In this document: positions 56,242 to 64,000 of the stretch, piece after piece
How positions within the stretch are numbered: position 1 is the stretch's first letter
Layout of the letters: each line of letters begins with the position of its first letter
Source of the DNA: Candidatus Nomurabacteria bacterium
GTDB taxonomy: Bacteria > Patescibacteriota > Minisyncoccia > Phycocordibacterales > UBA2100
Assembly: GCA_943359395.1 (NCBI GenBank)
Contig: CALRHH010000004.1
Coordinates: 1,699 to 65,698 of the forward strand
Reading direction: 5' to 3'
Length of the DNA stretch: 64,000 nucleotides
Made by a program: the position numbers and the translations under genes
Notes under the pieces: model-generated
What the model was told of the DNA's origin: nothing
Databases searched by the model: none
The model's input: only the letters and a program-made list of their open reading frames with translations

Positions 56242-57306
56242 TCAGAGAAGCTTCTGCAGCACGTTCGGGTTAAGGGAGTGCTGGTACGCGCTTTCGGGAG
56301 TAATCTCGCCGCGAGCAACCAGTTCGGCAAGAGAACGGTTCATATCTATCATGCCTTCGGTCGAGCCGGTTTCTATCACGGTGTTTATTTCGTGAGAGCG
56401 CTTTTCGCGTATGAGGTTCGCAACTGCCTTGTTATTAATGAGCAGCTCATAGCATGGAATGCGGCCACCGGAGATACGTGGTATGAGTCGCTGAGAGAAG
56501 ATTCCGGCGAGACTAGCCGCAAGCTGCAGGCGTATTTGGTCCTGCTGGCCCGGAGGGAATGTATCAATGATGCGGTCAATGGTCTGCGCGGCGTTGTTGG
56601 TATGCAAGGTCGATAGGACGAGGTGCCCAGTTTCTGCGGCTGTTACCGCTGCCGCCATGGTCTCTTGCCCGCGCATTTCACCGACTAAAAGGACATCGAC
56701 ATCTTCGCGAAATGCCGACAGGAGTGCCGAGGCGAAGTCCTTTGTATCGATGCCAACCTCACGCTGGTCTATGAGCGATTGTTTTGGTTCGAAAATGTAT
56801 TCGATAGGGTCCTCAATGGTTATGATGTGCTCCATTCGTTCGCTATTGATGAGTTCAACGAGAGACGCGAGTGTTGTCGTTTTCCCCTGCCCCACGGGAC
56901 CCACAACCAAAAAGAACCCCTGCTCTTTTCGCGCGAAGGAGGTGAGTATGTCGGGCAAGTTGAGGTCTTTGATACTGAGAATCTGTCTCGGTATGAGCCG
57001 GAGTACGACGCCGACTGAACCACGCTGTACGAAAGCATTCCCTCGAAAGCGATACCTGTCAGGGCTTTCGTATGCGAAATCCAACTCCTGATGTTCTTTG
57101 AATTTCGCTTCGAGCCCAGGGGAAACGAGGGCCTGCAGAAGCCCTCTTGTATCCTCTGGAGTTAAAATGGGTTCTTTGAGCATCGGAGAGAGCTCACCCG
57201 ATACGCGTATGGTCGGGTGCGCCCCAGTAGACAAATGCAAGTCAGAGCCCCCCTCGTGCACAAGCACGTTGAAATATTTTTTTAGAAGTCCAGGATAATC
57301 ATTCAT
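56242..57306 (-). CDS. pilT: Twitching-motility retraction ATPase PilT.
   Basis: GPVGQGKTTT Walker A, an Asp box, and the AIRNLIRE-like PilT motif (ANLIRE). Confidence 0.9.
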   Translation of the reverse strand: MNDYPGLLKKYFNVLVHEGGSDLHLSTGAHPTIRVSGELSPMLKEPILTPEDTRGLLQALVSPGLEAKFKEHQELDFAYESPDRYRFRGNAFVQRGSVGVVLRLIPRQILSIKDLNLPDILTSFARKEQGFFLVVGPVGQGKTTTLASLVELINSERMEHIITIEDPIEYIFEPKQSLIDQREVGIDTKDFASALLSAFREDVDVLLVGEMRGQETMAAAVTAAETGHLVLSTLHTNNAAQTIDRIIDTFPPGQQDQIRLQLAASLAGIFSQRLIPRISGGRIPCYELLINNKAVANLIREKRSHEINTVIETGSTEGMIDMNRSLAELVARGEITPESAYQHSLNPNVLQKLL

Positions 57307-57333
57307 AACCGTTATAAAGAAATGATACCAGTA

Positions 57334-57735
57334 CTATGCTCTATGTTTTACGAGCGCGTCACTCACCATGTTGACAACTTCGGACGGAATCATGCTCGCC
57401 TTGACGACGTAGCCCGTAGCACCGAGTTCTGCGGCTTTTGTTCTCTCTGACTCGTCGCTTTGGTTCGTAAGCGTTATCTTGAGAACTCCGTCCGCGAGAT
57501 GTTCGTCGGAGAGCGCCTTCAAAAATGCGAATCCGTCGAGTTCGGGCATCGTGAGGTCAAAGAGGATAACCTCCGGCTTGTACCCTCCCCGCAAAATACC
57601 GAGGGCTTGCTTCGCGGATAGACATGTCTCGACGGTGTAACCGTTTTGAGAAAATTTCATTCCGTACATATCCAAAAGAAATTTGTCGTCGTCGACGAGA
57701 AGTATGGGGCCTTTTTGCACGGGAGTATCGTTCAT
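57334..57735 (-). CDS. Stand-alone CheY-like response regulator receiver domain.
   Basis: LLVDDDKFLL ... ILFDLTMPELDGF ... K. Confidence 0.8.
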   Translation of the reverse strand: MNDTPVQKGPILLVDDDKFLLDMYGMKFSQNGYTVETCLSAKQALGILRGGYKPEVILFDLTMPELDGFAFLKALSDEHLADGVLKITLTNQSDESERTKAAELGATGYVVKASMIPSEVVNMVSDALVKHRA

Positions 57736-59468
57736 ATATGAGTGGCATCAGGTGCCGGTGCTTCGAGCGAAACGTCCGATTGTGTCTGTGGCGTGGGTAC
57801 GTCGTGTTCCCGGTCCCCCGCAAGAAGAAGTGTACTCAAGCTGTTCACTTCAGAAAAGGGAATGTGTTTATCGAACGCTTTAATCATAGCGTCCTCCTGC
57901 ATCGTGAGCATGCCCTCCGCACGCGCGACTGACCAGATTCTTGAGTCTACGGGATTGTCGAGAACGATTCGTTCGATGTCGGGAGACATTTCAAGCACTT
58001 CGAATACCGCCATGCGCCCGCGCAGGCCCGTCGGGCACGTGGGGGTACGCATCGGCTCGTACACCTTCTCGGGGATTTTAAAACGATATTTCTCCGGAAG
58101 AGATTCGAGCTGTTTTTCGATGCTTTTACGCTGCGATGCGCCGAGCGGCGTTTCTTGCGCGGCATCTTCGCAAAAGGTGCGGACCAAACGCTGGGCAATC
58201 GAGAGAATGAGGACGGGCGGGATGAGATACGGGTCGACGCCCATGTCGATGAGGCGCGGGATCGTCCCGACCGCGTCGTTGGTGTGTATCGTCGAGAGCA
58301 CGAGGTGGCCCGTGAGCGCCGCCTGGATAGCGAGCTTCGCCGTTTCGCCGTCGCGGATTTCACCCACCATGATGACGTCGGGGTCTTGCCGCAAGGTCGT
58401 GCGCAGGCCGTTGGCGAACGTGTATCCGATGTCGGGTCGGATTTGTGATTGGATAACGCCCTCGACGTAGTATTCGATTGGGTCTTCGAGAGAAAGCACG
58501 TTTTTGTGTTCGCGGTCGACCTCAGTGAGCATCGAGTAGAGCGTGGTCGACTTTCCCGAACCGGTTGGCCCCGATATGAGAACGAGCCCGTGCGGAGCAT
58601 TGACCGCTTTGCGCATCAACTCGAGGTTGCGTGGGGTGAGGCCGATTTGGTCGAGAGGGATGAATCCCTGCTCGCGGTCGAGAATACGAATAACTACTTT
58701 CTCGCCGTTATACGAAGGGAACGTAGAAACGCGGAAGTCGATCTGGCGCGTGTCGATTGACGCCGAAAAACGGCCGTCTTGCGGCTTGCGCATTTCGTCG
58801 AGTCTCATTGAGGCGAGGACTTTTACTCGCGCGATGAGCGCACGGTGTGTGGAAAGAGGCAATATCACGCTCGTATGGAGTTCCCCGTCGACGCGATACC
58901 GTACGCGTACGCCGGAGGGCTGCGGCTCGATGTGCACGTCAGAAGCCTTGCCGTCCACCGCATACCGCAATATCGTGGAAACTATCTTGATGGTCGGAGC
59001 ATCTTCGCGAATCTTTGCGAGCCCCTCTCCCGGTCCTCGACCAATTGACGGGTCTTCGAGGTCCAACGAGGAATTCTCACGTTCACTCATCTTTCCCTTC
59101 TCAGGAGCCCTCTCCACTGCGAGATCAGATACAGCCCGTTCGACCTCGCCGCCAAGTCCACGATACATGCCCAAGACCTTATCAAAATCTTCGCGATTTA
59201 TCTGAAATATCTTGAATGGCATCCCCGTTGTGCGTGCGATGAAGTTCAAGGCATCGACACCTTCGATATTGTCCGGCTCTATCATGCCCACCTCAAGCAC
59301 ACCTTCTGAGATGCCAAGAGGTACCAGACCGTAGTGACTGGCCGACTCTTCAGGAATATATTTAAGAATCTCGTATGCAACCTTTGCATCTCCAATCGTG
59401 CGTACGGGCACATCACCGACAGACTGGGTGGTGTTTGCAGATGCCGATGTGGTTACCTCTCCCGGCAT
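57732..59468 (-). CDS. pilB: Type IV pilus assembly ATPase PilB (GspE family).
   Basis: N-terminal GSPII_E_N domain, GPTGSGKSTT Walker A, and a tetracysteine motif. Confidence 0.9.
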   Translation of the reverse strand: MPGEVTTSASANTTQSVGDVPVRTIGDAKVAYEILKYIPEESASHYGLVPLGISEGVLEVGMIEPDNIEGVDALNFIARTTGMPFKIFQINREDFDKVLGMYRGLGGEVERAVSDLAVERAPEKGKMSERENSSLDLEDPSIGRGPGEGLAKIREDAPTIKIVSTILRYAVDGKASDVHIEPQPSGVRVRYRVDGELHTSVILPLSTHRALIARVKVLASMRLDEMRKPQDGRFSASIDTRQIDFRVSTFPSYNGEKVVIRILDREQGFIPLDQIGLTPRNLELMRKAVNAPHGLVLISGPTGSGKSTTLYSMLTEVDREHKNVLSLEDPIEYYVEGVIQSQIRPDIGYTFANGLRTTLRQDPDVIMVGEIRDGETAKLAIQAALTGHLVLSTIHTNDAVGTIPRLIDMGVDPYLIPPVLILSIAQRLVRTFCEDAAQETPLGASQRKSIEKQLESLPEKYRFKIPEKVYEPMRTPTCPTGLRGRMAVFEVLEMSPDIERIVLDNPVDSRIWSVARAEGMLTMQEDAMIKAFDKHIPFSEVNSLSTLLLAGDREHDVPTPQTQSDVSLEAPAPDATHI

Positions 59469-59474
59469 AGTATG

Positions 59475-59816
59475 TTAGCGGTTTGCGGGCGTCTGGGTTT
59501 GCGTATTGCTAGTGCTTGGAGAAGTAAGCGGGGCAAAAGGATTCGGGCGGCCGACAGGCTCCGACACGATGTCAGTCGAGAAGTCTTTCAATTGAGTGAA
59601 TGTGGTTTGTGAGAAAATCGTGGCGTCCAATTTGACAGCGCGTAGGGTGAGTAGTGTCGCGACTATTCCCGGGCTTGCCTTACTGCTTCCTTCTGCCGTC
59701 GGCGTCGAGTCGAGATTGGGCAGTTCCGAGGAAGGAGCCAAACCGTACCAAACGAGGCCGGCAACGACGAGGCCAGAGAAGACGAGAAGAAGCTTGTGCC
59801 GAAGGAATGTTTGCAT
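59475..59816 (-). CDS. Hypothetical membrane-anchored protein in the pilus cluster (PilP-like position).
   Basis: One TM helix plus an S/T/P-rich tail. Confidence 0.4.
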   Translation of the reverse strand: MQTFLRHKLLLVFSGLVVAGLVWYGLAPSSELPNLDSTPTAEGSSKASPGIVATLLTLRAVKLDATIFSQTTFTQLKDFSTDIVSEPVGRPNPFAPLTSPSTSNTQTQTPANR

Positions 59817-59817
59817 A

Positions 59818-60495
59818 TTATTTGAGCCAGTACGTTCGAAGAGTCATGTTGTAAGTGTAAAACGGCTCAGACGGTCTCGTTGCGACTGCATTGGCCGTAT
59901 TCGAGGTCGGAAATGCATTCGTTGCGCTTGAGACGACGGCTGCATTTCCTGCGGCAGGAGCGACAGTGAGTGAGACTAAGTCCACGATGCGTAAACTCGA
60001 TTCAAGATTGGAAAGAAATTTCACGAAATCGGCGTACGTAGCGGTTGTACTGAATGTCAGTGTAAGCGAATCAAATTTTTGACTCGAGGCGCCAATAGCG
60101 CCGAGAGCGGTCTGATTTTTTACGGTTTGATTTTGCGCACTTGAAACATCGACATTTTGGAGTGCAATTCCGTGACGCTCCGCGAGTTTGTCTAGGTCGA
60201 GAATGAGACGCACGTTGTCGACATGGTCGGGAAGCAATTTCTGCAAACGATCGAGGTCTGTTGTATTAAACGTATTGAAGCGGGAGAGCAGTGTTTGTCT
60301 TAATTTTTGTAATTCCGCTGCTTTGTCGAGGGCCGCATCATTCTGCGCAATCTCGGCCCGCAGGGTCTGAGAATCATCATACGTCGGCTTTGTGTACCAG
60401 AAGAATACGCCTCCGGCGAGTACTACACCAACAATTGCAAAGATAGGTTTCATATAATTAGTTAGTGGGTTCTGTTGCTCCCTGCTGAGGGGCAT
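59818..60495 (-). CDS. pilO: PilO-like pilus assembly protein.
   Basis: N-terminal TM helix, coiled-coil and periplasmic domain; gene order pilM-pilN-pilO. Confidence 0.5.
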   Translation of the reverse strand: MPLSREQQNPLTNYMKPIFAIVGVVLAGGVFFWYTKPTYDDSQTLRAEIAQNDAALDKAAELQKLRQTLLSRFNTFNTTDLDRLQKLLPDHVDNVRLILDLDKLAERHGIALQNVDVSSAQNQTVKNQTALGAIGASSQKFDSLTLTFSTTATYADFVKFLSNLESSLRIVDLVSLTVAPAAGNAAVVSSATNAFPTSNTANAVATRPSEPFYTYNMTLRTYWLK

Positions 60496-61138
60496 CGAAG
60501 GGTGAAGGGTTCACGGGAGGGGCTGCGGTCTCTTGCACTCTTCCTGCCGCAGAACTGGCCGCTCCCGCATAATTTATTGCCGATGGATTCACGGCTGCAG
60601 AAAGATTGAAATGTACGCCGTCTATTTGCCGGGCAATATTCGAAAAAATCGGACTTGTTATGACTCCGTTCTTGCTAAAGAGGTCTGCCTGAAGAGCTAT
60701 TGAGTTGACACTCTCCGCGACACCGACCAGTTTAATCGTCAAATTCTGATTATCGGCGACTTGGAAATCGAGAGACTGAAACGAAATTGTCTGAAGTGTT
60801 GCTTGTTCAAGTGCTTGAAAAAAGAGCGACGGAGCAATGTGTGCCGAGAGGACACGCTCTGCGGCATGCATACGGTCATCGAGGCGTGTGAGTTGTTGGA
60901 TAAGAGCAGGTTGGAATCCCTCTTGCGCACGTTCGAGCTGAGAGATTTTTGCGGTATTTTCGGTCACGAGATACCGCCCGTACAAAAAAACGCCGGCGGC
61001 AAGTGCAAGAGACGCGACGAAGAGTACGATTGAACAAAGGAGGAGGAGGTCGTTGAGTCCCCCTCCACGACGAGACGCAGAAGGAGAGACCGACGTATCC
61101 CGCGGTATGAATGAGGAGGTTATGCCTGTATCAACCAT
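60458..61138 (-). CDS. pilN: PilN-like pilus assembly protein.
   Basis: N-terminal TM helix, coiled-coil and periplasmic domain directly downstream of pilM. Confidence 0.55.
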   Translation of the reverse strand: MVDTGITSSFIPRDTSVSPSASRRGGGLNDLLLLCSIVLFVASLALAAGVFLYGRYLVTENTAKISQLERAQEGFQPALIQQLTRLDDRMHAAERVLSAHIAPSLFFQALEQATLQTISFQSLDFQVADNQNLTIKLVGVAESVNSIALQADLFSKNGVITSPIFSNIARQIDGVHFNLSAAVNPSAINYAGAASSAAGRVQETAAPPVNPSPFDAPQQGATEPTN

Positions 61139-61141
61139 ACA

Positions 61142-62290
61142 TTAACTTCTTTTGAGCTTTCTCAATGCGACTCCAACGGCGACCACGAACCCTGGGCCTA
61201 TTTCACGCAGCACAGCCTCGAGAAATGCCGGCGCCTCAGTATGCGAAAAAGGATTGGCAATCTCGACTTCCGCAGATAGATTGCTATGCGCCACATCCGC
61301 AAGTCCCGGAAGCGACGCCCCACCGCCTGCGAGGACTACGCGCGATACGTTCTTGTTGTATCGCTGCCCGTAGCTCAATAGTACCCGATTCACTTCCGAA
61401 AACACACGCGTAAGTGTTGATAACAGAGCGTTCTTTATTTTGTCATTCTCGTCGGGACTGTACGCATTCGAATCCAGCAGCCCGCGTTCGCGTTTGATGC
61501 GTTCCGCCTTCTCAAATTCCCACCCAAGTGAACGTGCGAGGTTCTCTGTCATGTGCTGACCGCCCGCGGAGATAAGGTGCGATGACCGTACAACGCCACG
61601 CTCTATGATATATATCTTCGTTGTCGCAGCGCCGAGATCGACAACCAGCACCGGCGCTATCCCATGAGAAACCGCCGAGCGAATCGCGCTAAATATTTCT
61701 ATCTCATAGAAATTGATTTTGAGTGCGGCAGTTGTAGCGACGGTCTGATAATTTTTGAGCACATCGTTATGTATGGCGACGAGGAGGACTTCATCTCCTC
61801 TCGTCTGTGGAGTCTTCTTCGTCTCAAGGCGATCGAACGCGCTGTCCTCCCCTTCTTCGCCGGGGATGACAAACCAGTCGAGCGTCACCTCGGATACAGG
61901 TATCGGGATGTATTTTCGAGCCTCAATGGGTATCATGCGCTTCAGCTGTTCGGGCTGAGTGTGCGGCAGATTTATTACGTTGACGAGGCTTGAGGAAAAT
62001 GGAATGGAGAGTCCGCCCGTGCGAGCGGTCACGTTTGCCTCGCGCATGAGGTCAGTAAGCGCTTCGGCGAGTTTTTCCGGAGAAAGCTTGACGGCTTTCC
62101 CTATCGCCTGTTGCGTATACGGACCGAGAGCGATTTCGCCGTACGTCTCAAGAATTGCGGCACCGCGCGATGTGCGGAGCTGAACAATCTTCGCGCTTGA
62201 TGCACCGATATCAATTCCCAACACGCTTCCATCGGCTGACTTGCCGATTGATGCAAAGGTTTTGAGAACGTTTCCCAGAGAGAACGCCAT
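61142..62290 (-). CDS. pilM: Type IV pilus assembly protein PilM (actin-like ATPase).
   Basis: LGIDIGASSAKIVQL phosphate-1 motif and a VVDLGAATTKIY second ASKHA motif. Confidence 0.85.
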   Translation of the reverse strand: MAFSLGNVLKTFASIGKSADGSVLGIDIGASSAKIVQLRTSRGAAILETYGEIALGPYTQQAIGKAVKLSPEKLAEALTDLMREANVTARTGGLSIPFSSSLVNVINLPHTQPEQLKRMIPIEARKYIPIPVSEVTLDWFVIPGEEGEDSAFDRLETKKTPQTRGDEVLLVAIHNDVLKNYQTVATTAALKINFYEIEIFSAIRSAVSHGIAPVLVVDLGAATTKIYIIERGVVRSSHLISAGGQHMTENLARSLGWEFEKAERIKRERGLLDSNAYSPDENDKIKNALLSTLTRVFSEVNRVLLSYGQRYNKNVSRVVLAGGGASLPGLADVAHSNLSAEVEIANPFSHTEAPAFLEAVLREIGPGFVVAVGVALRKLKRS

Positions 62291-62311
62291 CGCAAAATTA
62301 TATCATGTATA

Positions 62312-62638
62312 TCAAATGATTTTGTCTATCTTTGCCGCCAAAATGAAGTCATTTTCAGATAATCCGCCGATAGCATGTGTGGTGAGTTCGACTTCAATTC
62401 TTCCCCAGCCTAAGGAAAGGTCAGGATGATGCCCTTCCGACTCCGCTATCGGTGTGATTTTGTTTGCAAACGCCATTACCTCCACAAAATTCCTGAATGT
62501 AAATTTCTTCGAGATATTTTTCGCCCCCCTCGCGACGATCCAGCCATCTACATGCTTCGACATTGCTTCTGCCTCCATTGGTGTCATCGGCTGCGCTCCC
62601 CCTTCGCACGCAACACACTTCTTCTGGGCCAAATCCAT
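62312..62638 (-). CDS. Pterin-4a-carbinolamine dehydratase (PCD/DCoH).
   Basis: SEGHHPDLSLGWGRIEV motif. Confidence 0.8.
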   Translation of the reverse strand: MDLAQKKCVACEGGAQPMTPMEAEAMSKHVDGWIVARGAKNISKKFTFRNFVEVMAFANKITPIAESEGHHPDLSLGWGRIEVELTTHAIGGLSENDFILAAKIDKII

Positions 62639-62652
62639 GGGAAAATCATAGC

Positions 62653-63306
62653 ATGCGACACCTACTCGCCGTACTCGAAGTCATCTTCGACACTCTCCTT
62701 CCCCTGCCTGGGCGGGCAACGCGGACGAAATCCCGAACAGCGGAAGACATACCGCTCACCCTGACAGTTCACACGCTTCTTAAGACACAGATAACGACTC
62801 TGACGGATTACCAACAGGGTGCGGTGCAGGACCTCATTCGCTCACTCAAGTATGATGGCTCCGGACACGCCGCACGGCTCGCGGCACAGCTGCTCGCAGA
62901 TTATTTGCGTGAAGAGATTTCCTCGCATCGGACATTTAGCCAACGAAAAATCCTTATTGTGCCCGTGCCGTTGCATAGTTCACGCGCGCGCGAGCGCGGG
63001 TTTAATCAAATCGAGCTTGTGCTGAAAGCGCTTCCCCAAGAATTCCGCGATGGCTCACTCTCGATCTTGATGCCGGGGGCATTGGTCCGTATTCGCGAAA
63101 CACAGCAACAAACCCGTCTCTCCCGTATAGAACGACTAAGCAACATCGCGGGAGCGTTTGCGGTATTCGAGGAGAAGTTTGTAAACAAAACGCACGTATT
63201 TCTTATCGACGACGTCACAACGACAGGAGCAACGCTCGTAAACGCGGCGACGCCGCTGCACCGCGCGGGAGCGGAGGTGACGCTACTCGCGCTCGCGCGT
63301 GCGTGA
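62653..63306 (+). CDS. comF: ComF-family competence protein (phosphoribosyltransferase domain).
   Basis: The ORF is trimmed to the internal Met to avoid overlap with the PCD gene. It has an N-terminal Cys-rich region and a C-terminal PRT motif VFLIDDVTTTGATL. Confidence 0.7.
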   Translation: MRHLLAVLEVIFDTLLPLPGRATRTKSRTAEDIPLTLTVHTLLKTQITTLTDYQQGAVQDLIRSLKYDGSGHAARLAAQLLADYLREEISSHRTFSQRKILIVPVPLHSSRARERGFNQIELVLKALPQEFRDGSLSILMPGALVRIRETQQQTRLSRIERLSNIAGAFAVFEEKFVNKTHVFLIDDVTTTGATLVNAATPLHRAGAEVTLLALARA

Positions 63307-63340
63307 TTCACTTCGCGGGGCGTGGTATGGTAGAGCGCAC

Positions 63341-63431
63341 GGAGAGGTGCCAGAGCGGTCGAATGGAGCACACTGCTAATGTGTTGAGCCTCTAAAGGGT
63401 TCCGAGGGTTCGAATCCCTCCCTCTCCGCCA
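63341..63431 (+). tRNA. tRNA-Ser (GCU).
   Basis: GGAGAGGTGCCAGAGCGGTCGAATGGAGCACACTGCTAATGTGTTGAGCCTCTAAAGGGTTCCGAGGGTTCGAATCCCTCCCTCTCCGCCA with a long variable arm; CCA encoded. Confidence 0.9.
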
Positions 63432-63436
63432 ATCGT

Positions 63437-64000
63437 ATGACCATAACCTGTGCGACATACAATATACTGCACGGCTATCACCGAGAGATGGTGCTCAATA
63501 ACATACGCTTCCTTATAGACGAAGGAGCTGATGTGATATGCCTACAAGAAGCGGAGATACGGTTCAAAGGAGCGCTACGCAAATTCCTCGGCCAGAAGGA
63601 GTTGGTTGGCTGGGACATACATTCGGAACATGGGGGGTTCGGCGGCAATGTCGCGATACTATGGAGAAGCGACAAGCTGAAACTCGCGCGAACAAAGATT
63701 ATCGAACTCCCGAAATTGCGAATTTCCCCCACGCTGCAGCGCTTAAAAGTTCCTCAGTTAAAAAGATTCGATACCAACAGGTTAGCACTTGTCGGTTTTT
63801 TTGAGTTTGGAGGACAGACGGTTCAGGTAACGAGCGCTCACATCGCCTGGGAAGGCGGCAATCGCCATCGCATGCGGCAGATACGGCACTTGCGTGAAGC
63901 TCTCGAAGAAGAGTATGCCGACGTACGCATTCTCGCCGGTGACTTCAATACGCTCGCGCCGCGCGCGCTTCGACGCATCCACGAACGAAGGGTGGAACAA
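63437..64000 (+). CDS. Endonuclease/exonuclease/phosphatase (EEP) family protein, 5' part only; it continues beyond the window end.
   Basis: Manual translation is open to the window end: MTITCATYNILHGYHREMVLNNIRFLIDEGADVICLQEAE... shows the NIL..GADVICLQE EEP signature. It is absent from the ORF track because there is no stop within the window. Confidence 0.55.
   Translation, partial: MTITCATYNILHGYHREMVLNNIRFLIDEGADVICLQEAEIRFKGALRKFLGQKELVGWDIHSEHGGFGGNVAILWRSDKLKLARTKIIELPKLRISPTLQRLKVPQLKRFDTNRLALVGFFEFGGQTVQVTSAHIAWEGGNRHRMRQIRHLREALEEEYADVRILAGDFNTLAPRALRRIHERRVEQ

Noticed and set aside
62563-63306. Long version of comF that overlaps the PCD gene.
   Set aside because: It overlaps the divergent PCD gene by 76 nt; the internal Met at 62653 removes the overlap.

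Overview
This 64-kb window looks like a small-genome bacterial chromosome segment. GC content is roughly 52% and the standard genetic code is in use, since a release factor 2 is present. Almost every gene is on the minus strand. The pilus and competence cluster, the GH18 gene with a peptidoglycan-binding domain, the DsbA/VKOR pair and the reduced metabolism suggest a Patescibacteria/CPR-like lineage. That lineage call is an inference only.

The window contains housekeeping genes (metK, glmS, typA, pyrG, a guaB-like gene, ftsEX, prfB, gatCA, ligA, maf, rluA, msrB). It contains a copper-homeostasis operon of csoR, copA, an HMA-fused membrane protein and a cupredoxin-like protein. It also contains a large type IV pilus and competence cluster: four pseudopilins, pilD, the major pilin, pilC, pilT, a receiver domain protein, pilB, pilMNO and comF. 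There are seven tRNA genes, two of which have non-canonical T-loops.

One segment is bounded by tRNA genes and carries an HD hydrolase, a Rel-like (p)ppGpp synthetase without regulatory domains, a TrmB-family regulator and a 1087-aa protein of unknown N-terminal function fused to a class-V PLP-dependent domain.

Beyond the annotated genes there are several things worth a second look:
- A family of 15-17-nt sequences (GTATACCCCGTGAGATA) occurs four times as inverted pairs, each placed 7-9 nt upstream of a start codon.
- A second small repeat (GGCCCCTTCGGGCGCCTCACGGCGG) occurs three times, once in frame inside a pilin leader.
- All four pseudopilins have unusually long, arginine-rich leader peptides that encode strong RNA hairpins.
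- A self-contained module at about 63% GC, with its own promoter and terminator, sits between gatC and ligA.
- A riboswitch-like leader with a terminator lies upstream of metK.

No CRISPR array, rRNA gene, transposase or integrase was recognised.
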